From Planctomycetota bacterium (lineage in GTDB: Bacteria; Planctomycetota; Phycisphaerae; WQYP01): a stretch of DNA of 64,000 bases. Shown here in pieces: positions 29,906-39,952 of this stretch. Both the position numbers and the translations under genes were made by a program. Position 1 is the stretch's first letter, and every line of letters starts with the position of its first letter. Below the pieces are notes generated by a model. That model was not told the DNA's origin and ran no database searches. It saw only the letters and a program-made list of their open reading frames with translations. The stretch lies in contig JAJYDW010000007.1 in assembly GCA_021790385.1 (NCBI GenBank), forward strand, positions 10,483 to 74,482. Direction: 5' to 3'.

Positions 29906-30049
29906 TGCGCGGTGCCAAATGTTGGCGGAGCGATCTTGAGTTTTAGCAATCAGGTTTAAGCGGTCAGCGGGCACCGGCCGCCCGGCGGCCGCGCTAAACG
30001 GAGTGTGCCTTTCAGCGGGCAACGCGCGGGCCCAATGCCCGCGTCTAAA

Positions 30050-30104
30050 TGGGATGGAGGGCGGATTGACACCACACGGCCACAAACAAGAATGTCTGTG
30101 TTAC
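30050..30104 (+). repeat. Intergenic repeat family, copy C (partial; core CACGGCCACAAACAAGAATGTCTGTGTTAC at 30075-30104). A TAAGCGGTCAGCG motif lies at 29957-29969.
   Basis: Seen in sequence, immediately upstream of the kpsF start. Confidence 0.45.
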
Positions 30105-30153
30105 CGCAGTGGCACACTGGCAAGGGTGCGTTGAATCGTATATCGTTAGCCCC

Positions 30154-31179
30154 ATGCGAAAGGTCAAAAAAACAACCCTCCATTCCGATGCGAACCTGCT
30201 GGAGGATGCCCGGCAAATCATAAAATCCGAAGCGCAAAGTCTTCTGGCCATCGCGGGACGCATGGATCAAGCCCTTGTGCGGGCTATACATCTTATTCAT
30301 GACCATATTGGGCCGGATTCCGCCGGGGTGCTGGTAGTCAGCGGTGTCGGCAAATCAGGGCTGGTGGGCCAGCGCATCAGTGCCAGCTTTGCCAGCACCG
30401 GCACGCCCTCGCATTTTCTTCATCCGGTGGAAGCGTTGCATGGAGATCTGGGGCGGGTACGCCGGCAGGATTTGGCCTTGCTGCTGTCTTATGGTGGAGA
30501 AACGGATGAATTAATCCGTCTGATGGACCACTTAAAACGCATGCGTGTACCCACCATCGCCATCACCAGTCAGGCGTCAAGCTCTCTGGGAAGGCTGGGG
30601 GATATCTGCATCGGGCTGGGTTCGCTGGAAGAAGCCTGCCCCCTGCGACTGGCCCCTACCACGAGTGTAACGTGCATCAGTGCCGTTGCCGATGCCCTGG
30701 TGCTGGGAGTGATGAGCCTGCGGCATTTTTCGGCGGAAGATTTTGCGGCTTTTCATCCAGCCGGTTCCCTGGGACGAAAATTGCTTCGGGTGCGCGATGC
30801 AATGAGTTTTGTGGTGGGTAAAAATATATCGGTTGCATCCATGAAATCGACGGTGCGGCAAGTGCTGGCCCAGGATAAGACCTTGGGCCGAAGGGCGGGA
30901 GCGGTTATTCTGGTGGACCCAAAGGGCGTATTGGCTGGAATATTCACCGATGGAGACCTTCGCCGCAAGCTCGGACAATATGCCGACCTGCTGGAAATGC
31001 CGATGGCCAAAGTAATGACGGTGAATCCAAAGGCTATCGGACATCAGGCGCTGGCCAGTGAAGCTCTGGCCCTGTTAAACCGCCACCGGATCGACGAATT
31101 ACCGGTAGTGGATGAGTGCAACCACCCGGTCGGGCTTATCGACGTGCAGGATTTGGTGACCCTGCGAGTGTTAGAATAA
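30154..31179 (+). CDS. kdsD: Arabinose-5-phosphate isomerase (KpsF/KdsD; SIS domain plus tandem CBS domains)
   Basis: SIS motif VVSGVGKSGLVGQRISASFASTGTPSHFLHP. C-terminal CBS pair. Start at MRKVKKT. Confidence 0.85.
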   Translation: MRKVKKTTLHSDANLLEDARQIIKSEAQSLLAIAGRMDQALVRAIHLIHDHIGPDSAGVLVVSGVGKSGLVGQRISASFASTGTPSHFLHPVEALHGDLGRVRRQDLALLLSYGGETDELIRLMDHLKRMRVPTIAITSQASSSLGRLGDICIGLGSLEEACPLRLAPTTSVTCISAVADALVLGVMSLRHFSAEDFAAFHPAGSLGRKLLRVRDAMSFVVGKNISVASMKSTVRQVLAQDKTLGRRAGAVILVDPKGVLAGIFTDGDLRRKLGQYADLLEMPMAKVMTVNPKAIGHQALASEALALLNRHRIDELPVVDECNHPVGLIDVQDLVTLRVLE

Positions 31180-31255
31180 ATCATGGTCGCCGCGTGATGG
31201 CCACCAGCGCAATAAGCAGCGACAAAAAAGGTCGATTGGAAGTACGGAGTTGCGG

Positions 31256-31756
31256 ATGGATATTCAGTTGCTGATTCTGGATGTGGATGGGGTGCTCACC
31301 GATGGTGGAATCATCCGCGATGACAGCGGCCAGCAGATTAAACGCTTTCATGTTCGTGATGGCGCAGGGATTGTGATGTGGCGACGCTTTAACCGGCAGG
31401 TAGCCATTATCACCGGAAAGGAAAGCCAGGTGGTGCAGCACCGTGCCGAAGAACTGGGAATTACCCAAGTCTACCAGAACGTTACCAATAAGCTGGAAGT
31501 GTATGGAGATTTACTCCAGCAATTGGGCTTGCAAGACGCGCAGGTGGCTTATGTGGGCGATGACCTGCCTGACCTGCCGGTGATGCGGCGCTGCGGCTGC
31601 CCGATTGCCGTAGCTGACGCCGTGCCGGAAGTGCGGGCTGCGGCCAAATATGTGACTGCTGCTCCCGGAGGATTCGGGGCGGTGCGGGATGCCATCGAAT
31701 GGCTCTGCAAGCAGATGAACATCTGGGACCAGGTGATAGCCCGGTACACGGGCTGA
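31256..31756 (+). CDS. kdsC: 3-deoxy-D-manno-octulosonate 8-phosphate phosphatase (KdsC, HAD superfamily)
   Basis: IQLLILDVDGVLTDGGI (HAD motif I); GDDLPDLPVM (motif III). 167 aa. Confidence 0.85.
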   Translation: MDIQLLILDVDGVLTDGGIIRDDSGQQIKRFHVRDGAGIVMWRRFNRQVAIITGKESQVVQHRAEELGITQVYQNVTNKLEVYGDLLQQLGLQDAQVAYVGDDLPDLPVMRRCGCPIAVADAVPEVRAAAKYVTAAPGGFGAVRDAIEWLCKQMNIWDQVIARYTG

Positions 31757-31812
31757 ACAATGGGTTGTGCGTACCTGGTGCCAGGGTCCCAATTCAGACA
31801 GCAAGTTAAATT

Positions 31813-34800
31813 ATGAAAAAGAAAATTCTTCTATACATGGCAACTCTGGTCGTGGTGGCGGTCATTTTCGTCTGGGTGACGGGCCTCTTTTCCGGGGCCG
31901 GAGTGTGGCGCATTCATCATCAGCCGGTACATCCGGTTCCGGTCTTTACCACCAAAGGCATGGCCCACCTGGTGATGGAGGTGCGCAGTTCCAGGGGCGT
32001 GCTGGAATATGTGCTGCGCGCACGGCAAGCACTTCCCAAAGGCAACGGGCGATATCTGCTTACAGAACCAAGCATGCAATTTTTCAGCGCCAATAATCAA
32101 TCGACCGTCATTGCCAGCGACATGGGCGATGTGTATGTGGATCAGGTGGGCGGAGCGATGTCCAGCCACGTTTACCCGCGCAAGGGCAAACTTTTTGGCC
32201 ATCCGACCATCACCATGGGACCGGTGAAATCCTTTATTCACGGCGTGCGCAGGCGACAACCGGGACAAATGCAAATCCGGTTTTCCCGCCCGCTTTCGTT
32301 TAATTATCAACAGGGCATTATCAAGAGTTCAGGAGCCGTCCATCTGCGCAGTGATCAGGCGGACTTCGACGGTCTGGGGCTGACCGCCCAGATTGACCTG
32401 CCTCATAAAAAATTGACCTACCTGCGAATTGACAAAGGCATTCGGATGGTGCTGCGTCATGTCTACAATGCCGGCGGTTTTGGGCAAAATTCTGTATCCA
32501 GTCCACCGGCCGTCATCAGCCAGCCGCCGACAACGCCCACCTCCGCAGTGACTTCATCTGGAAAGGTGAACACGCCGTTGGCGGTAGTGGCCAACGCGCC
32601 GGTGGTGTATCGGCTGGATTTTATCGACCATGTGAAGGCGTTGATCGGCCCACAGGAGATTCAGGCTCCACGTTTTGTCGTTTATTTTTCCGGAAGTGCT
32701 GCCGCGCCTCCAAAACCAACACCCGCTGCAGTCCCCTTGACTGGCCCATCCGTGGCCACACCACCTGCCACCGGTACTGCGGTTCACTCTCATGTGGTCC
32801 ACACCCATCGCGATGCGGATCTGTTTCTCACCTGGACCGGCCCCATGATCATGCGTCCTGAGTTGCCTCACGGTATGCACCTGCTGGGACCGAAAGATAT
32901 TTTATTTGAAGCCCGTGGTCAGGTTGGCGAGCCGGTTCGGCTGACCGATGACAAAACCCTTTCCGCGTTGGCCCAAGAAGTGACCTATCAAACCCAGCCG
33001 CAAATTCTTGAACTTATGGCTGGTGTCGGCACTACCGTGGTGCTGAACAGCAGCCAATTCGGAACGGTTCATTGTCCTGAGGTAACTTTCAATCGTTTAA
33101 CCAACCGAGTTCTGCTGACCGGGCCGGGAACAGCCAAGCTTAGCTCGCCGCACGGCACAACATCCGGTGGCTGGCAAGCGACATGGCAAAAATTCGTCCA
33201 CCTCCGCCTCGCTCAGATGCCGGAAACCAGTCAATCAGGCCGCACCACGCTTGAGGTACGCCGTGTAACTCTACGTGGACAAGCACGGGTTAAACATGTC
33301 GGGCTGAGCATACATGGCGACGAACTGGCGGCCTGGCTCACTGCCGCTGGTCCGGCACACCACCCCCAGGCGTTGCAACGGCTTCTGGCCAAGGGACACG
33401 TGCAAGTGCTTTCACAAACGTCCGCGGCCAGGGGTGCTCCCGCCAACAGCAGCCGCATGACCTGCGATCAATTGTTGATGCAATCCACCCGCCAGGCCGG
33501 CCACCAAACACCTGTACCGCACAGCCTGCTGGCCACCGGCCATGTCCATCTGAAACTTATCCAGCCTGCTGCGAATACCGGCTCTACACCGGCAGTTTAC
33601 ACAATTATTACGCCGCACTTAGCGGCTATACTGGCTCCAACCCAGGTTCGGCCGGACCGTTCCGGTCATCTGCTATCTTCTTCCGGCCGCTTCACCGTTA
33701 CCCAGTTTAGCGCTACGGCTGGTGTGCATCTGGGTATCAGCAACATGGGCCGCCCCATCGCGGCGACGGCCACAGCAATGTCCGGCAATCGCCGCACAGG
33801 AATCATGGAACTCACCGGCGGAACCGGGGCCAATTCCTCCGCCTGGGCTGCGATTACGCAACAGGGCAATTTTATTACCGGCCCGGATCTGATTCTACAT
33901 CAAAAGGCGCAAGCAATTTTCGCACGCGGCCCCGGCAAGTTTGTCATCCTGCGTAAAAAATCCCCCGACACGGCGGCGAAACCGGGCGTACAAATCCTCT
34001 GGCAAAAATCCATGAAGTATCACGGTACCACCCACAAAGCCTTATTTGTTGGCCACGTGCTGGCCCAATTGCTCTCTCGGCCTGACCAGCAAAGTCGTTT
34101 AGCCTGCCATCAATTGGCCATTCTACTGGCAAAACCCGCAGCGGCACGGTCTGATGCCACCGGCCAATTGCATCTGGTGGATTTGCAGGCCCAAGGCGCA
34201 GCCGGCCGCCGACTCAATGCCATGAACGCCAGTTTTAACCCGCGAGGTCTGCTGCAAACCCGATTGTATATTCAGGGTAATTCTCTGCATTATAATGCCC
34301 TGCTTCGACGTTTGACTGTTGCCGGCCCCGGGCAGATGTCGCTGGAGGACTATCGGGGAGAATCAGCGGCCAGGCGTCGGGCTGCGGCCAAAAAACCGAT
34401 AGGTAATCCGCTGGGTCAGCCCCGTGGCCAAAGCGCTTTCGCCTGGTCGCAGGGGCTGCGCTACCACGGAAATACCGGCGTTTTGTCTCTGCGGGGCCGA
34501 GTTCGCCTGGTATATAAACCACTCCACCCGTTGCAGGCCTCGATGATAGGTGCGGTGGACAACTCCACCCAGGTCCAGCACCCTGCTGGTGCTGGGGCAG
34601 GCGAACGAGCCAGGTTGATCCTGCTGGACTGTCGACGATTGATGGCGCAGCTCACGCGGCCAGGACAGGCGAAAACCAGCGCGATGGAACTGGGCATGGG
34701 CGGTCCCATGAAACTTGATTTCGTGCAGGCACAGGCTGCGGCGTTGGAGCTTCTGGGAATTCGGATGACTGCTGATGTCCTGAAATTTAATACCGCTAAA

Positions 34801-34959
34801 GAGCAGGCTACTGCAATGGGCTTAAATGGCCACGAAGCCGTGGTCAGCAGTAGAAATGGCCAGGCGCACGGTCAGGCCCGCAAAATAATATGGAACCTGG
34901 CTAAAGGCCGGACAGGCTTGATATTTATTCAACCGCGTGGAACGATTTCCACACACTAA
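31813..34959 (+). CDS. Large N-terminally membrane-anchored envelope protein (1048 aa). The N-terminal region is possibly an OstA/LptC-LptA-like fold; the remainder is unknown.
   Basis: Single N-terminal TM (LLYMATLVVVAVIFVWVTGLF). The segment after it shows the beta-jellyroll-like pattern ..YLLTEPSMQFF..NQSTVIASDMGDVYVD.. seen in LptC/LptA. The position immediately after kdsC mirrors kdsD-kdsC-lptC-lptA synteny. The functional assignment is an inference (about 0.3). Confidence 0.6.
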   Translation: MKKKILLYMATLVVVAVIFVWVTGLFSGAGVWRIHHQPVHPVPVFTTKGMAHLVMEVRSSRGVLEYVLRARQALPKGNGRYLLTEPSMQFFSANNQSTVIASDMGDVYVDQVGGAMSSHVYPRKGKLFGHPTITMGPVKSFIHGVRRRQPGQMQIRFSRPLSFNYQQGIIKSSGAVHLRSDQADFDGLGLTAQIDLPHKKLTYLRIDKGIRMVLRHVYNAGGFGQNSVSSPPAVISQPPTTPTSAVTSSGKVNTPLAVVANAPVVYRLDFIDHVKALIGPQEIQAPRFVVYFSGSAAAPPKPTPAAVPLTGPSVATPPATGTAVHSHVVHTHRDADLFLTWTGPMIMRPELPHGMHLLGPKDILFEARGQVGEPVRLTDDKTLSALAQEVTYQTQPQILELMAGVGTTVVLNSSQFGTVHCPEVTFNRLTNRVLLTGPGTAKLSSPHGTTSGGWQATWQKFVHLRLAQMPETSQSGRTTLEVRRVTLRGQARVKHVGLSIHGDELAAWLTAAGPAHHPQALQRLLAKGHVQVLSQTSAARGAPANSSRMTCDQLLMQSTRQAGHQTPVPHSLLATGHVHLKLIQPAANTGSTPAVYTIITPHLAAILAPTQVRPDRSGHLLSSSGRFTVTQFSATAGVHLGISNMGRPIAATATAMSGNRRTGIMELTGGTGANSSAWAAITQQGNFITGPDLILHQKAQAIFARGPGKFVILRKKSPDTAAKPGVQILWQKSMKYHGTTHKALFVGHVLAQLLSRPDQQSRLACHQLAILLAKPAAARSDATGQLHLVDLQAQGAAGRRLNAMNASFNPRGLLQTRLYIQGNSLHYNALLRRLTVAGPGQMSLEDYRGESAARRRAAAKKPIGNPLGQPRGQSAFAWSQGLRYHGNTGVLSLRGRVRLVYKPLHPLQASMIGAVDNSTQVQHPAGAGAGERARLILLDCRRLMAQLTRPGQAKTSAMELGMGGPMKLDFVQAQAAALELLGIRMTADVLKFNTAKEQATAMGLNGHEAVVSSRNGQAHGQARKIIWNLAKGRTGLIFIQPRGTISTH

Positions 34960-34965
34960 GCGGAA

Positions 34966-37900
34966 ATGGCGGACAAAAAGTCGGATTTACTTATGGCAAA
35001 ACCAGGATTGGTCTGGGTAACCATTGTTGCTTCAGGTTTGGCTTGCGGCGGCGGCGCGTCTGGCGTGCACGCGGCAACCACCACTGCTACCGCTATGGTC
35101 AAGGGCAGAGTTCAGCCCGCGACTGAAGCTCAACTGCGTTCTTCCGTGTCCTCCCCCCAAGACATTCCAGCCTCGGTGCAAACCATTGACCAATATATTC
35201 AGACCGTGGCCGGTTTTGGTCCCAACCGTTCCGCCGGCAGTGCCGGTGCGCAGCAGACTGGCAGGTTCTATATCAACAAGCTGGCCTCCGGCAGCGGTCG
35301 GCCGGTGTGGCGTCAACCATTTTCGATGGTGGTTCCACATACACAATATTGCCGGGCGGTGGATCCGCAACATCCAGCCATGCCCATAAAGCTATTTTTA
35401 ATGCGCCCTTGCGGTGGTCAAATTGCGGCATTGCCAAGTATGCAGAGTCATACTGCGCCGGTGGTATATGTGGGTCGCGGCCGCCTGCCGGATCTGCGAG
35501 GTCTTCACATTGCCCATGCCTGGGTGGCCATGAATATATCAGGCTCGCGCAACTGGCTGACCATCGCCGGGCTGGGTGCCCGTGGAATAATCTTCCTGGG
35601 TTCCGCGCAAGACAGCTTCACCTCTTTTGCTCCCACCGCCACGACCGTCCCGGTAACTATTCCGCGGTTTTATACCCAAAATCCCACGTTGGCAGCGGCC
35701 ATTCGCACCGGTAAAATCCGCAGCCTTAACATTCAATGGCGTGCTGAGTGGGTGCGCCGCATCGGCAATAATCTGCTGTGCCTGATTCCGCCGACCAATT
35801 CCGCCAAGAATGCGGCATCCGCTCCGTCAAAATCGCTGATTATTCTCACTGCCCGCTACGATGCTTCCAGCTATGTGTTGGGCCGCAGTCCCGGCGCGCA
35901 GCAGGACATGGGAGCCGCCGTTCTCGCGGCACTGGCTCCGCAAATCGCCCAGGCTCAACTGGGCCATCCCGTGCTTATTGCGCTGCTGGCTGACAATACC
36001 TGGCAGTTTACCGGCGAGCAGCAACTCCTTCGCATGCTCACGACTACGCCTGTCACACTGACATCGCGACTGGCTCGGCGCAGAATCGCCTACCACAAAG
36101 CCAGTCGTATGTTGACCCAATTGCGGGATATCGCCGCTACCAGAAATGTAAGCGATATACAACTTGGCTCGTCTCTGGCCCAGACCATCGGCAATCAGAT
36201 CCAGGCGGATGTCTCAAAATTACAGTCTGCCCTGGATATTCAGTTGCTCAAGCCCATCGTAGATCGCCACCACCAGGTGAAACTGCTGGAAAAACGCAAA
36301 CTTGATCTACTTTTCGCCCACAATGCCGTTCATACGCACCATCATCTGGCCGCGTCGCAGCAGGTTATTTTGCGTGCTGTTGAGCAACTGATACCACAGT
36401 GGCAGATGGAAGCCCGGCGGTCCCAAGAACGTGTGCACAAAGTCCAGGCGTGGCGCGCCATCCGCCGTAAATTAGGTCCGGACAAGCTGAAAATTCTGGT
36501 GCAGTTGAACCTGCATTTGACCAGCCATGGCCGGGAGTTCGGTTTTATTACCCATTCCTCCTGGATGACCAACGATTTCAGCAACGAGATGTCCCAGTTT
36601 GACAGCGCCATCACCCGTAATTATTTTGGCCAAGCCCGTCGCCATGCCAAAAAGATGGGGCTTCCTTTTCGTTGCGCCTTTAATCCGCTACCTGCGGAAT
36701 CAGTTGATTCCGTCCATAATTACTTTCCCATTCCCATGGGATTCTGCACCGATTATGCCTTGTGGCGGGGTCTGCCTGGCGGTACCTTTGCCACGCTTTG
36801 CGACGACAGCGGCCTGATTGATACGCCCAACGATACCACCAGCCGAATCGATTGGCAGTCCATAGCCCGGCAGGTGGCGGCCTTGAAGCTGCTGCTGCTG
36901 GGCAGTCAGCGTTACCATTCGCTCGGAGCGCTCACTGATCCTGATTTTTCCGGTCGTGTAACCCCGCATGATCAAACCAGCAATCAAACCTTTACCGTAC
37001 TCCGACGCAGCTTCGGCCAGGCGGTGGCATCACTGGGTGCCCCGAATTATCTGGCCGGGGCGGTTTTTATTAACGGCGGTGGTCCCTTGCCACCGGTGTT
37101 GGAGGGTACCCGCCGCAGCAGTTGGCAATTCACTCATTTCAATGGCTCAGTCCACCTTCATCATCTGCCCTACGGCTGGTTCCAGTACGAATTGCAGGTA
37201 TTTAAATTTGCCTCCGACGGCATGCCGAAAAGAGTACTCGCGGGCAACCTGGCGGCACAAGGTTATTCCGATGGATTATTCATACCCGACAGTTCCACCA
37301 CTCTCCAGTGTCTGGTCTTTAAAAGCCGTCCCATCAATCTTTACGGACTTTTTGACCCACGGTACCTCGATTATATCGATCAACTGCAGATTCTTGACGC
37401 CCGTAAGGGTGGCGCTCCCAAGTACGATCAAAGTTTCACTGCCGGGATGGCCGGAATCGCCTACGTGCAGCCGGGTGTACCCTGGCAACTGCTGGCCTCA
37501 CGTGGAGCCGTGGCCAACCGCATGATTCTCATCAACGCCTCGCGGGCGCACCCGCTGGGGACCGGCTTTCTCCACAATGGCGCGACCTATCTGGGCCCGC
37601 TCGCCTGGAGAACCGCCACTGATATGAACGCCATTGACACGCATCGCCGTGCGGTGCTGCAAAAGTTCGGCATCACCAGCAACGTCATCAATACTTTTTT
37701 TGAAGCCGCGAAAACGCATCTTCAAGCCGGCCAAAAAGCCCGCAATACCCAACATTACAACCGCTGGCTGGGTCAGGCCGCCGCCGCCTGGAGTCTGCAA
37801 ATCCAGGCTTACCACGCCCTGATCAGCGATTCCAATGGCATTGTTTATGGTGCTATTTTTCTGCTGCTGGGCCTGATTCCCTTCAGCTACTTTCTTGAAC

Positions 37901-39942
37901 GCCTGCTTATCGGTTCCCCCAATGTATACCGCCAGATTGGCGGATTTGCCTTTATTTTCGCCATCATGACCGCGGTGCTGGCCTCCTTCCATCCAGCCTT
38001 TCGCATCACCAAGGCCCCGCTGATGATCCTGTTAGCCTTTGTCATATTGCTTCTCTCCGCAGTGGTTATTCACATTCTGTTCCAAAGATTTGAAAATGAA
38101 CTCGGCAACATGCGCGGTGCCAGATCCAGTTCCCACAAAGATACCCTCCGCGGCAGTGCCGTCTTTGGGGCTGCCCTGCGGCTGGGCCTGTCCAATATGC
38201 GCCGCCGTGGCACCCGCACCACTCTTACCCTGATTACGCTGGTCCTGCTCACCTTCACCCTGCTTTGTTTTACCAGCTTGCGGCACAACCTGACCCTGGT
38301 GCCCAATACCGAACCCAATGCACCCAAGCATCCTGCCGTCGGCATTCTGTTGCGCCAGAGAGCCTGGCAGCCCATACCTGAAATTGGGCTACAACTAACC
38401 CGGGAAATCGTCGGCCGCAGAGGTATCGTTGCCCCTGTTTTCTGGTACGCCTCGACCAACCCGCAAAGCACCTGGCATATTGCCATCCGGCCTGCCAGAT
38501 TCTCTCCCATCCACACTTCCAGTCCCAACGTCAGTGGCCTGGTAGGCATTTCACCGCAGGCGGCCGCCTTCTTTAAATCGCCGGCCGCCAGTATTGCGTC
38601 ACAGTTGTCGGGATGGAAGAAGCTTCTGGCGGGACAACCTGTATGTTTTCTGCCCGCGAATTTCCACGGCCACCCTTTCCACCGCAATCAAAAGGTGCGG
38701 ATTCTGGGCCGCAGCCTGACGATTGCCGGGTTCTTTCACACGCGAAGCTTTATGGTAAGGCAAATCACCGGTGAACCCATCTTCCCCGTAGATGCCGCCG
38801 CCAGTGCCCAGGGCAGTCAAACGCCGGCCAATACGAGTCCCAGCCAGATTGCCGCCATGCGTGAGCCTAGCCTTACTTTTTTACGCCCCGCGGAGGTTGC
38901 CATACTACCCGCCGACATTGTCCGCAGTTTCGGAGGCCATTTCACCAGTGCCATGCTCTGGCCGCACGGTGCCACACCCCAAACCATCTTTCGCGAGGCT
39001 CGCCACCTGGCCCGGCGCTGCGCCTTCTCGGTCATCGCTTCCAATGGCCAGCGGGTGCTTTCGTATAACGCCACCGCCAGCGCCGGGGTCAACGATCTTT
39101 CCTCGGTATTGGTACCCCTGGCTATTGCGGCGGTGATTGTGCTCAACACCATGCTTGGCGCTGTATCCGAACGTACCCGCGAAATTCATGTGTACACATC
39201 GCTGGGGTTGGCCCCCAGTCACGTGGGAATGTTGTTTCTGGCCGAAGCCGCCGCACTCGGAACGCTGGGCGTGGTTTTCGGGTATATCTGCGGCCAGGCC
39301 GCAGCCACCCTGCTGACCTACACTCATCTAATTTCCGGAGTGCACCTCAATTATTCCTCCATGTCGGCCATCGGTACCATGGGCCTGGTCCTGGCGCTGG
39401 TCATGGCATCCACGATCTGGCCGGCGCGCATGGCATCGCGCGTGGCGGCACCGAGTCTGCAACGTCACTGGAAACTCCCCGAACCCGTCGGAGACATTTT
39501 AAAAGTAGATCTCCCCTTTACCGTCAATGCCGTCGCCGCCCACGGTATCTGCAAGTTTATTGAAGAATTCTTCAGTGACGTTTCTCAAAGCGGCGTGGGT
39601 CGCTTTACCGCCGAAAAAATCTCCGCTTTTACCCACCAAAGCATTCACGGAATTTCCGCCCAGGTGTGGCTGGCCCCCTACGATCTGGGGGTCATTCAAG
39701 ATTTCTGGCTGGCCATCCATCCGACGCCAGAACCCAACGTCTTTGAAGTTAAACTGACCCTGCGCCGCCAAGCCGGCAGTCCCGCCACCTGGCTCCGGCT
39801 TAACCGGCCATTTATGGTCGAGGTGCGAAAACAGTTTTTATTGTGGCGTTCCGTATCGCCGGAAATGGTGCATGAATACGTGACAGGCTCGGAACAGATG
39901 TTCGCGCACGCCGAGGAAACTTCGCCACCGGTTGCAGCATAA
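34966..39942 (+). CDS. Giant (1658 aa) fusion protein: signal peptide, then a PA domain plus a degenerate M28 peptidase-like ectodomain (about 35140-36000), then a linker, extra TM helices, and an FtsX/MacB-type 4-TM permease domain with a periplasmic loop (about 38100-39450), then a cytoplasmic tail of about 160 aa
   Basis: PA-like VVYVGRGRLPDLRGLHIAHAWVAMNISGSRNWLTIAGLGARGIIFL. M28-like NNLLCLIP...SLIILTARYDASS...GRSPGAQQDMGAAVLAALA...HPVLIALLADN, with the metal-binding D/E residues replaced (QQD, ADN). FtsX hallmark LGAVSERTREIHVYTSLGLAP and the TM1 motif RRRGTRTTLTLITLVLL. No Walker A anywhere in the protein. Confidence 0.75.
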   Translation: MADKKSDLLMAKPGLVWVTIVASGLACGGGASGVHAATTTATAMVKGRVQPATEAQLRSSVSSPQDIPASVQTIDQYIQTVAGFGPNRSAGSAGAQQTGRFYINKLASGSGRPVWRQPFSMVVPHTQYCRAVDPQHPAMPIKLFLMRPCGGQIAALPSMQSHTAPVVYVGRGRLPDLRGLHIAHAWVAMNISGSRNWLTIAGLGARGIIFLGSAQDSFTSFAPTATTVPVTIPRFYTQNPTLAAAIRTGKIRSLNIQWRAEWVRRIGNNLLCLIPPTNSAKNAASAPSKSLIILTARYDASSYVLGRSPGAQQDMGAAVLAALAPQIAQAQLGHPVLIALLADNTWQFTGEQQLLRMLTTTPVTLTSRLARRRIAYHKASRMLTQLRDIAATRNVSDIQLGSSLAQTIGNQIQADVSKLQSALDIQLLKPIVDRHHQVKLLEKRKLDLLFAHNAVHTHHHLAASQQVILRAVEQLIPQWQMEARRSQERVHKVQAWRAIRRKLGPDKLKILVQLNLHLTSHGREFGFITHSSWMTNDFSNEMSQFDSAITRNYFGQARRHAKKMGLPFRCAFNPLPAESVDSVHNYFPIPMGFCTDYALWRGLPGGTFATLCDDSGLIDTPNDTTSRIDWQSIARQVAALKLLLLGSQRYHSLGALTDPDFSGRVTPHDQTSNQTFTVLRRSFGQAVASLGAPNYLAGAVFINGGGPLPPVLEGTRRSSWQFTHFNGSVHLHHLPYGWFQYELQVFKFASDGMPKRVLAGNLAAQGYSDGLFIPDSSTTLQCLVFKSRPINLYGLFDPRYLDYIDQLQILDARKGGAPKYDQSFTAGMAGIAYVQPGVPWQLLASRGAVANRMILINASRAHPLGTGFLHNGATYLGPLAWRTATDMNAIDTHRRAVLQKFGITSNVINTFFEAAKTHLQAGQKARNTQHYNRWLGQAAAAWSLQIQAYHALISDSNGIVYGAIFLLLGLIPFSYFLERLLIGSPNVYRQIGGFAFIFAIMTAVLASFHPAFRITKAPLMILLAFVILLLSAVVIHILFQRFENELGNMRGARSSSHKDTLRGSAVFGAALRLGLSNMRRRGTRTTLTLITLVLLTFTLLCFTSLRHNLTLVPNTEPNAPKHPAVGILLRQRAWQPIPEIGLQLTREIVGRRGIVAPVFWYASTNPQSTWHIAIRPARFSPIHTSSPNVSGLVGISPQAAAFFKSPAASIASQLSGWKKLLAGQPVCFLPANFHGHPFHRNQKVRILGRSLTIAGFFHTRSFMVRQITGEPIFPVDAAASAQGSQTPANTSPSQIAAMREPSLTFLRPAEVAILPADIVRSFGGHFTSAMLWPHGATPQTIFREARHLARRCAFSVIASNGQRVLSYNATASAGVNDLSSVLVPLAIAAVIVLNTMLGAVSERTREIHVYTSLGLAPSHVGMLFLAEAAALGTLGVVFGYICGQAAATLLTYTHLISGVHLNYSSMSAIGTMGLVLALVMASTIWPARMASRVAAPSLQRHWKLPEPVGDILKVDLPFTVNAVAAHGICKFIEEFFSDVSQSGVGRFTAEKISAFTHQSIHGISAQVWLAPYDLGVIQDFWLAIHPTPEPNVFEVKLTLRRQAGSPATWLRLNRPFMVEVRKQFLLWRSVSPEMVHEYVTGSEQMFAHAEETSPPVAA

Positions 39943-39952
39943 GGCTTTTTTG

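Noticed and set aside
34966-35060. Lipoprotein lipobox in the signal peptide of the giant FtsX-fusion protein (VASGLACGGG)
   Set aside because: Residue -3 relative to Cys is Gly, not Leu/Val/Ile. It is not a canonical lipobox. Treated as an ordinary signal peptide or signal anchor.
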